From: Pseudomonadota bacterium
GTDB taxonomy: Bacteria; Pseudomonadota; Alphaproteobacteria; Sphingomonadales; Sphingomonadaceae
Assembly: GCA_040389765.1 (NCBI GenBank)
Contig: JAZJZO010000001.1
Location: 104,669-168,668, forward strand
Length of the DNA stretch: 64,000 nucleotides
Direction: 5' to 3'
The notes below the pieces were generated by a model. The model was given only the letters and a program-made list of their open reading frames with translations. It was not told where the DNA came from and did no database searches. Positions 57,358 to 64,000 of the stretch are shown one piece after another. Made by a program: the position numbers and the translations under genes. Positions within the stretch are counted from its first letter, which is position 1, and each line of letters starts with the position of its first letter.

Positions 57358-57815
57358 ATTCAGAATTACCGCTGGTCGAAATTTTCACCGATGGAGCGTG
57401 CCGCGGGAATCCCGGCCCGGGCGGCTGGGCTGCACTTCTCCGCACCGGCGCAAAGGAGCGCGAGATTTCCGGCGGGGAAGCGCTGACCACCAACAACCGC
57501 ATGGAGTTGCTGGCGGCTATCCGAGCGCTGGAGGCGCTGAAGCGCCCGTGCCGGGTCGCGCTCCACACCGACAGCAGTTACGTCCGCGACGGCATCACGC
57601 GCTGGATTCACAAATGGCGCCAGAACGGCTGGCGGACCGCCGACAAGAAGCCGGTCAAGAATGCCGAGTTGTGGGAAGAGCTGCTAGCCGCAGCCGAGCC
57701 GCATCGGGTCGAATGGCATTGGGTCAAAGGGCATAGCGGCCATCCCGAGAACGACCGCGTCGACGCGCTCGCCTGCGCAGCGGCCGACGACCAGCGCACG
57801 CACCACCGCCTCTGA
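57354..57815 (+). CDS. rnhA: Ribonuclease HI
   Basis: [37 protein letters not shown] and [18 protein letters not shown] motifs. There is no in-frame ATG upstream of the conserved core. The proposed TTG start at 57354 overlaps the ispH stop. Confidence 0.85.
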   Translation: MNSELPLVEIFTDGACRGNPGPGGWAALLRTGAKEREISGGEALTTNNRMELLAAIRALEALKRPCRVALHTDSSYVRDGITRWIHKWRQNGWRTADKKPVKNAELWEELLAAAEPHRVEWHWVKGHSGHPENDRVDALACAAADDQRTHHRL

Positions 57816-57824
57816 CGCTCGTCC

Positions 57825-58880
57825 TTAGTTGAAGCGCGCGGCCGAGAAGGCAGCGGGATCGACCTTCGGCTCCTCGCCGAGCAGAAGCGCGGCCGCCATG
57901 CTCGCTGCAGCAGGCGAGGTCTGGATCCCGAACCCGCCCTGCCCTGCGCACCAGAAGAATCCCCGCGCGCGCGCGTCGTACCCGTATACGGGAAGGCGGT
58001 CGGGCGCGAAGGTGCGCAGGCCGGCCCATTTGCGCTCGACCTTTTCGACCCGCCAGTCGACCACGGATTCAAAGCGGTCGATCGCGGTCGCAACGTCGAT
58101 CTCGTCAGGCGCCGCGTCGCACGGGTCGGTCGCGATCTCGTCGTGCGGGCTGAGCCAGATCGAGCGGTCGCCTTCGCCCTTGAAATAGAAGCGGCCGTGC
58201 GCGTCATTCACGAGCGGCAGGTCCCTGAGGCCGCCGCGGCCAACAGCGAGCTGAACCATCGTCCGGCGCTTTGGCGCGAGCCCGAGCGGGGCAACATCCG
58301 AAGCCTCCGCGACCTGGTCAGCCCAGGCACCGGCCGCATTCACCAGGATCGCTGCTCCAATCGTTGAGCCGTCCGCCAGCGTCACCCGCCAGCCGCTCCC
58401 GACTGGCTCGGCCCGGACCAGGCGCTGGCCTGTCGCCAGCGTTCCGCCCGATTGCTTGAACTCACGCAGGAAGGCGGCGTGGAGAGCCGCGACGTCGATG
58501 TCGGCGCAACCCGGCTCGAACAAGGCATGCGTCCATTGCGACCTCACGCCCGGCAGCATGCGCTCGAGCTCGTCTCGCTCGACCCGCCGCGCTTCCACGC
58601 CGTTTGGAAGCTCCGGCCAATGGTCCTCGGACAGATGGAGCGCGCCGCGGCGGTGGAGATAGCCGCCCTGCTCCAGGAACGGGCCCGACGCTGCCGTCAG
58701 CCTGGCGACCTCGGGCCCGCCATAGCTTTCGAGATAAAATGCCGCCGAGCGGCCGGTCGAATGATAGCCGCAATGCTCCTCCGCCTCGATGATCAGCGTG
58801 CGCCGCTTGGCCGCAATCGCTGCGCCAAGGCTTGCCCCGGCGATGCCGCCGCCAACGATGAGGACTTCAAAATCAGACAT
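57825..58880 (-). CDS. FAD-dependent oxidoreductase (DAO/glycine-oxidase-like family)
   Basis: VLIVGGGIAGASLGAAIA dinucleotide-binding motif. 351 aa. The C-terminal GQGGFGIQTSPA segment is typical of the DAO family. Confidence 0.8.
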   Translation of the reverse strand: MSDFEVLIVGGGIAGASLGAAIAAKRRTLIIEAEEHCGYHSTGRSAAFYLESYGGPEVARLTAASGPFLEQGGYLHRRGALHLSEDHWPELPNGVEARRVERDELERMLPGVRSQWTHALFEPGCADIDVAALHAAFLREFKQSGGTLATGQRLVRAEPVGSGWRVTLADGSTIGAAILVNAAGAWADQVAEASDVAPLGLAPKRRTMVQLAVGRGGLRDLPLVNDAHGRFYFKGEGDRSIWLSPHDEIATDPCDAAPDEIDVATAIDRFESVVDWRVEKVERKWAGLRTFAPDRLPVYGYDARARGFFWCAGQGGFGIQTSPAAASMAAALLLGEEPKVDPAAFSAARFN

Positions 58881-58924
58881 TTCTTGGTCCGCGGTTACGA
58901 ATTGGAAAGCCCCGGCGTCTAGGG

Positions 58925-59407
58925 GTGAACGTCATGATCAACGGGGCGTTTACCGAAATCCTGCTGGTGGGGCTTGCCGCCACGCTCGTCTTTGCGGCGA
59001 TCGTGGACGTGCGCACCTTCACCATCTCCAATCGGCTGAACGCGGCGGTGGCGCTCTGCGCACCGCTCTACTGGATGTCGGTCGCGCTCAGTCCCTGGCC
59101 CGGAATGGCGGTGCAAATTGCGGCGGCGACGGCAGTATTCATTTTGTTCGCCGGCGCCTTCTACGCGGGAATGATGGGCGGCGGCGACGTCAAGCTCGCC
59201 GCGGCTCTCGCCCTGTGGTTCCCGCCCGTCGGGATCCTGAAGTTCCTCGTGCTGATGTCGCTCGCGGGCGGCGTTCTCACCTTGCTGGTCCTTGCGCTGC
59301 ACCGTGTTCGGAAGCGCGAGGGCCGTCCCGAAATTCCGTACGGAGTCGCCATTGCATTCGGCGGCCTGGCGATTCTCGCCCAACGGTTTCTTAACCAATT
59401 TGTCTGA
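58925..59407 (+). CDS. cpaA: Prepilin peptidase CpaA (A24 family) of the Tad/Flp pilus system
   Basis: 160-aa polytopic protein with the D residue in VDVRTFTISN and the GGGDVKL motif. It lies directly upstream of cpaB-E. Confidence 0.85.
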   Translation: MNVMINGAFTEILLVGLAATLVFAAIVDVRTFTISNRLNAAVALCAPLYWMSVALSPWPGMAVQIAAATAVFILFAGAFYAGMMGGGDVKLAAALALWFPPVGILKFLVLMSLAGGVLTLLVLALHRVRKREGRPEIPYGVAIAFGGLAILAQRFLNQFV

Positions 59408-59453
59408 TGTGTGAGGCTGTTCAAGTAGCCCGTCTTGGGGAGGCGATCGCGCC

Positions 59454-60479
59454 ATGGATGTGAAGAAGCTCGCTCTGCTCATTGGAGCGCTGGTTATTGC
59501 GGTGGTCACCGCCGTGATGGCCAAGAACATGTTTGCCGGCGCAGGTGCGCAGCAGGCCGCTGCTGCGGCTCCCGTTCCGGTTGGGCCCAAGGTGCTCGTC
59601 GCCAAGAAGGCCCTTCCGGCGGGAACGATCATCGATCCCGAGAGCCTTTCCTATCAGCCTTGGCCGAAGGAACTGCTGCAGAGCGCCTACTATGTCGAGG
59701 GCTCGCCTGAGGGCGACCCCAAGAAGCTGCTCGGCACTGTCGTTCGCTTTCCGATCACGGCTGGCCAGCCCGTCACGCGCGGATCGCTCGTCGGTCCCCA
59801 GGACCGCGGCTTCCTCGCCGCGGCGCTTGGCCCGGGCATGCGTGCGGTCACCGTGCCGGTCAACGCCAACTCGGGGGTCGGCGGCTTCGTGTTCCCGGGC
59901 GACCATGTCGATGTCGTCCTGACGCAGAACGTCAGCGGCGGCGGCGACGGTCCGCCCCTCAAGGTCTCCGAAACGATCGTCCGCAACGTCCGCGTGCTGG
60001 CGACCGACCAGCGGATCACCGACAAGGACGAGGACGGCAAGACCCAGGTTCGCACCTTCTCTAACGTCACGTTCGAGGTCACTCCGAAGCTCGTCGAGAA
60101 AATCGCCGTCGCGCAGAGCCTGGGGCAGCTGTCGCTATCGCTGCGATCGATCGCCGACAATAGCGCTGAGCTCGAGCGTGCGGTGGCAGCCGGCGACATC
60201 AAGGTCCCGGCCAACGTCGATCCGCAGCAGGAGCGCAAGATGCTGCTGTCGCTGGCGAACCGTCCGGTGGACTCGAACACGACCTATTCGACCGGTGGCG
60301 ATGTCTCGCGCTTCCAGCGCCGCACCGTTCCCGGCAAGCCCAACGCAGGCATGATCATGTCTTCGTCGAGCTCCGGGCGGCCGAGCGCAGCCGTGGGCGC
60401 GCCAGCCGCGCCGACTGGGCCAGTGGTTCGCGTCGCTCGGGGCAACAACGTCACGACTGTTCCGGTGGGGAGCCGCTAA
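59454..60479 (+). CDS. cpaB: Flp pilus assembly protein CpaB (RcpC-like, SAF domain)
   Basis: An N-terminal TM anchor, SAF-like LPAGTIIDPESL and the RcpC-type region (GFVFPGDHVDVVLT). Its position is syntenic. Confidence 0.85.
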   Translation: MDVKKLALLIGALVIAVVTAVMAKNMFAGAGAQQAAAAAPVPVGPKVLVAKKALPAGTIIDPESLSYQPWPKELLQSAYYVEGSPEGDPKKLLGTVVRFPITAGQPVTRGSLVGPQDRGFLAAALGPGMRAVTVPVNANSGVGGFVFPGDHVDVVLTQNVSGGGDGPPLKVSETIVRNVRVLATDQRITDKDEDGKTQVRTFSNVTFEVTPKLVEKIAVAQSLGQLSLSLRSIADNSAELERAVAAGDIKVPANVDPQQERKMLLSLANRPVDSNTTYSTGGDVSRFQRRTVPGKPNAGMIMSSSSSGRPSAAVGAPAAPTGPVVRVARGNNVTTVPVGSR

Positions 60480-60480
60480 C

Positions 60481-61971
60481 ATGAAGACTCGCAACAACCC
60501 GTGCCGGGCGTTCCTCGGCACCGCCTGCGCCGCGCTGGCGATCGCGACTGGCAGCCTCGCCGCTGCCACTCCCGCGGCCGCCCAGTCGCACTCGGCGCGG
60601 CCGACCGAGACCCTGAACCTCAGCCAGGGCACGGGTACGCTGGTCCGTCTGTCGGAGCCGATGAGCGACGTCTTCGTCGCCAATGACTCGATCGCCGACG
60701 TCCAGGTCCGTTCCTCGACCCAGCTCTATGTCTTCGGCAAGGGCAAGGGCGAGACCACGGTCTACGCCACCAGCAAGTCGGGCCGGACCGTCTATGCGGC
60801 CACTGTCCGCGTCGGCAACAACATCAGCTCGCTCGACGAGATGCTTCAGCTGGCGATGCCGGAAGCAAGCATCCAGGCGACGCCGATGAACAATCTCGTC
60901 CTCATCACCGGCACGGTCTCCGCGCCCGAGGACATCGCCGAAGCCCAGCGCCTGGTGCAGGCCTATGTCGGCGAGGGCACGCAGGTCGTGACCCGGCTCC
61001 GCTCGGCCACGCCGCTCCAGGTCATGCTCAAGGTCCGCATTGCGGAGATGAACCGCTCGCTCGTCAAGAAGATGGGCGTCAATCTCCTCAACCGCAGCTC
61101 CGGCGGCACTTTGTTCGGCATCGGCCGCGGCAATCCCGGCACGATCAACGTCGCCAAGGGCCCGCCCGATCCGATCACTGGCGTTGTCCAGGAAACGGTG
61201 ACCGGCGCAACCTTCAACATGCTCACCGGCGGTACGACGCTCGGCCTGTTCGGCCGGATCTTCGGCACCGACCTGCTCGGCACCCTCGACCTGCTCGAGA
61301 ATGACGGCATCGTCAGCACGCTTGCCGAGCCGAACCTGACCGCGCTTTCGGGCGAAACCGCCAGCTTCCTTGCCGGCGGCGAGTTCCCGATCCCGGTCTC
61401 GCAGGGCAACCAGGCGGTCACGATCGAATATAAGGAATATGGCGTCGGCCTGGCCTTCACTCCGGTCGTGCTTGCCGATGGCCGCATCTCGCTTCGCGTC
61501 CGCCCTGAAGTCAGCCAGCTGAGCGATGCCGGTTCGGTGAAGCTCGGCGGCTATACGGTCCCGGCGCTGACGACGCGCCGCGCGGAAACGACGGTCGAAC
61601 TCGGTTCGGGCCAGTCGTTCATGATCGCCGGCCTGCTTCAGAACAGCAACTCGAACAGCATCGAGAAGGCGCCGTTCCTTGGCGACCTGCCGGTGATCGG
61701 CGCGCTGTTCCGCTCGACCAGCTACCAGCGCAATGAAACCGAGCTGGTGCTGATCGTGACGCCTTATCTGGTGAAGCCCTCTTCACGCCAGCTTGCGCTT
61801 CCGACCGATGGCTATCGCGCTCCGAACGACATCGAGCGCAATTTCCTCGGCCAGAGCTACTCCGGCAAGTCCGGCGTCCGCGAGCCGACCGCAGTCCAGG
61901 CTGTTCCGGCCGCTCCAATCACCGGCGCCGCCGTCACGACGGCCGCTCCAGCCCCGGGCTTCAACCTGTGA
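60481..61971 (+). CDS. cpaC: Tad pilus secretin CpaC (RcpA-like)
   Basis: Signal peptide, a BON-like N-domain and a secretin core (VMLKVRIAEMNRS, LAEPNLTALSGETASFLAGGEFPIPV, PFLGDLPVIGALFRS). Confidence 0.9.
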   Translation: MKTRNNPCRAFLGTACAALAIATGSLAAATPAAAQSHSARPTETLNLSQGTGTLVRLSEPMSDVFVANDSIADVQVRSSTQLYVFGKGKGETTVYATSKSGRTVYAATVRVGNNISSLDEMLQLAMPEASIQATPMNNLVLITGTVSAPEDIAEAQRLVQAYVGEGTQVVTRLRSATPLQVMLKVRIAEMNRSLVKKMGVNLLNRSSGGTLFGIGRGNPGTINVAKGPPDPITGVVQETVTGATFNMLTGGTTLGLFGRIFGTDLLGTLDLLENDGIVSTLAEPNLTALSGETASFLAGGEFPIPVSQGNQAVTIEYKEYGVGLAFTPVVLADGRISLRVRPEVSQLSDAGSVKLGGYTVPALTTRRAETTVELGSGQSFMIAGLLQNSNSNSIEKAPFLGDLPVIGALFRSTSYQRNETELVLIVTPYLVKPSSRQLALPTDGYRAPNDIERNFLGQSYSGKSGVREPTAVQAVPAAPITGAAVTTAAPAPGFNL

Positions 61972-62000
61972 GCCGCGCCCTCCTCCTGAAGGATAAGACG

Positions 62001-62624
62001 ATGCGTTCGAAACTCATCCTCATCGCTTTGTGTGCCAGCGTCGCGGCGTGCAACACGCCTGACATGGCCGACCGCGGGGTTGCGTCCACGAAGGTGCCGG
62101 TCGTGACCAGCGCCGACTATGTGTTCGATGCGGCAGCGCCGGACGGTTCGCTCGCTCCCGGCCAGGCGGAACGGCTCAATGGCTGGTTCCAGGGCCTTGG
62201 CCTCGGCTACGGCGACCGCGTCTTCGTCGACGGCGCCTACGCCGATGCGGCGCGCGGCGAAGTTGCTTCGATCGCTGGCCAATATGGCATGCTGGTCACT
62301 CCGGGCTCTCCGGTTACCGCCGGCGTCGTCCAGCCGGGAACGGTGCGGGTGGTGGTCAGCCGCCGCCGCGCCGAAGTCCCCGGTTGCCCCGATTGGAACC
62401 GGCCTTCGCAGCCCAATTTCGACAACCGCAACATGTCCAACTTCGGCTGCGGTGTGAACTCCAATATCGCGGCGATGATCGCCAATCCCGAAGACCTGGT
62501 CCACGGCCAGGAAGGCAATGGCGTCGGCGACACCGCCACGGCGTCCAAGGCAATCGAGCTTTACCGGACCACTCCGCCCTCGGGCTCGAAGGGTCTGCAG
62601 TCAGTGACGAAGGGCAGTAAGTGA
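62001..62624 (+). CDS. cpaD: Pilus assembly lipoprotein CpaD
   Basis: The internal ATG at 62001 gives the lipobox LIALCASVAAC. The CpaD signature CPDWNRPSQPNFDNRNMSNFGCGVNSNIAAMIANPEDL is present. Confidence 0.8.
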   Translation: MRSKLILIALCASVAACNTPDMADRGVASTKVPVVTSADYVFDAAAPDGSLAPGQAERLNGWFQGLGLGYGDRVFVDGAYADAARGEVASIAGQYGMLVTPGSPVTAGVVQPGTVRVVVSRRRAEVPGCPDWNRPSQPNFDNRNMSNFGCGVNSNIAAMIANPEDLVHGQEGNGVGDTATASKAIELYRTTPPSGSKGLQSVTKGSK

Positions 62625-63898
62625 TGAACGCTCCGTTTCATGCACGCGCGGGTCTGCGTGACCCCTTCACCGCTTTCGTTTGCGACGATGCCGCGGCCGA
62701 CATGCTGCGCCCGATCGCGGTGGAGCACGGCTGGTCGCCGGAAAAGGTCAACAAGGGCGGGCTGCGCAACGCGGTCCAGTCCCTGTCGGTCTCGGCAAGC
62801 CCGAACATCCTGTTCGTCGACCTGTCGGAATCGGCTGACCCGCTGAACGACATCAACCAGCTCGCCGAAGTCTGCGAGCCGGGCACGATCGTCATCGCGG
62901 CCGGCACCGTCAATGATGTCCGCCTCTATCGCGACCTCGTCGCCAGCGGCATCCACGATTATCTGTTGAAGCCGTTCTCGGCCGACCAGCTGCGCGACAC
63001 GTTTGCTCACGCGCAGTCGATCCTGTCCGGCCCGCGCGGCGAAGCGCAGGCGGACAAGCCGCACGTCATGGCCGCCGTGATCGGCGTCCGCGGCGGCGTC
63101 GGCGCCTCCACGGTCGCGACCTCGCTTGCCTGGCTGTTCGGCGAAAAGGCGCGCCGTTCCACGGCCTTGCTCGACCTCGACGTCCATTTCGGAACCGGCG
63201 CGCTGGCCCTCGACCTCGAGCCGGGCCGCGGCCTGACCGACGCGATCGAGAACCCGAGCCGTATCGACGGGCTGTTCATCGAGCGCGCCATGGTTCGCGC
63301 CAACGAGCGGCTCTCGGTCCTGTCGGCCGAAGCCCCGATCCACCAGCCCTTGGTCACCGACGGCAGCGCCTTCTTCCAGCTTCAGGAAGAGATGCGGAAC
63401 GCCTTCGAATCGACGGTGCTCGACCTGCCCCGGCAGATGCTGATCCAGCATCCGCACCTGGTGCATGACGCGCATGTCGCAGTGGTCGTGTCGCAGCTGA
63501 CGCTGGCCGCGACCCGCGACACCATCCGCATCCTCGCCTGGCTAAAGTCGAACGCGCCGCAGACCAAGGTCATCGTCGTTGCCAACGGCGTTCCTTCGGG
63601 CGGTGCGCTGGAAATCACGCGCAAGGATTTCGAACAGTCGATCGAACGTTCGGTCGACATCGTCATCGCCTACGATCCCAAGCTGGCAGCCCAGGCCGCC
63701 AAGCTCGGCAAGCCGGTCGCGGAAGTCGCAAGCGGCAAGTCGGCGGCGCCATTCATCGCGCTTTCTACGGCGGTCCTTAGCAACACCAGCGAGGAAACCT
63801 CGGCTCCCCAGCCGAAGGGGGCCGGCGCGAACGGCAAGGGGTCGCTGGTCGGCAACCTCAAGTCGATGCTGGCCAAGAAGGAAAAAGCGGCGGCCTGA
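62621..63898 (+). CDS. cpaE: CpaE: ParA/MinD-like ATPase with an N-terminal receiver-like domain
   Basis: The start overlaps the cpaD stop. The deviant Walker A region is VIGVRGGVGASTVATSLA. The REC-like N-domain includes ILFVDLSE. Confidence 0.85.
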   Translation: MMNAPFHARAGLRDPFTAFVCDDAAADMLRPIAVEHGWSPEKVNKGGLRNAVQSLSVSASPNILFVDLSESADPLNDINQLAEVCEPGTIVIAAGTVNDVRLYRDLVASGIHDYLLKPFSADQLRDTFAHAQSILSGPRGEAQADKPHVMAAVIGVRGGVGASTVATSLAWLFGEKARRSTALLDLDVHFGTGALALDLEPGRGLTDAIENPSRIDGLFIERAMVRANERLSVLSAEAPIHQPLVTDGSAFFQLQEEMRNAFESTVLDLPRQMLIQHPHLVHDAHVAVVVSQLTLAATRDTIRILAWLKSNAPQTKVIVVANGVPSGGALEITRKDFEQSIERSVDIVIAYDPKLAAQAAKLGKPVAEVASGKSAAPFIALSTAVLSNTSEETSAPQPKGAGANGKGSLVGNLKSMLAKKEKAAA

Positions 63899-64000
63899 CA
63901 ACCGCAGTCGGTTTCGCCCCGGCGCGTCTGTGCGCGACCGGGTGGTTAGAGTGAGAGGCGAAGGCACGAAATGCTCTTGTGGCTACTCCTGGCAGGCGGC

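Noticed and set aside
63971-64000. Possible start of a gene (MLLWLLLAGG...) after cpaE
   Set aside because: Only 10 codons are visible before the window ends, which is too little to call a feature or decide whether it relates to cpaF.

Overview
High-GC (about 65-67% in hand-counted 60-nt samples) chromosomal segment that looks alphaproteobacterial, probably Sphingomonadales-like. The taxon is inferred from gene content only. Reading left to right: (1) 0.1-14 kb, an alpha-glucan/maltodextrin utilisation locus with an SSF symporter, a LacI regulator, a TonB-dependent receptor, a tryptophan-halogenase-like flavoprotein, two GH13 enzymes, a GH97 and a secreted esterase. The last five genes are translationally coupled. 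(2) 14-20 kb, a tripartite RND efflux operon (MFP-RND-OMF). (3) 20-22 kb, a UDP-uronate-epimerase-like SDR and a nitronate monooxygenase-like flavoprotein. (4) 22-24 kb, a small low-GC islet with a JAB-only RadC-like gene, a frameshifted trypsin-like serine protease and an unannotated 56-codon secreted Cys/Trp peptide gene that has its own Shine-Dalgarno (SD) sequence and terminator. (5) 24-26.7 kb, a housekeeping block (DUF1465/RcdA-like, two divergent DUF465 mini-genes, DksA, SurE). (6) 26.8-49.4 kb, a large mosaic Wzx/Wzy-type polysaccharide locus. It holds an AsnB-type amidotransferase, 7 glycosyltransferases, two tandem sulfotransferase-like genes in a markedly low-GC module, two tandem MOP flippases, two methyltransferases, rmlACBD plus a second RmlD-like reductase, an EpsG-like polymerase and a TviB/WbpO-like dehydrogenase. 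No priming transferase or Wza/Wzc export genes are visible. (7) 49.4-55.6 kb, a glycine cleavage operon (gcvT-gcvH-methyltransferase-gcvPA-gcvPB-DUF938) behind a tandem glycine riboswitch, with a palindromic repeat inserted in frame in gcvPB. (8) 55.7-58.9 kb, a lipoprotein, ispH, rnhA and a FAD oxidoreductase. (9) 58.9-63.9 kb, the Tad/Flp pilus genes cpaA-E. The most novel-looking content is the sulfotransferase-bearing polysaccharide locus and the 22-24 kb islet. No CRISPR array, rRNA, tRNA, transposase or integrase was seen. All calls rest on reading the ORF translations and the raw sequence. No database search was run.
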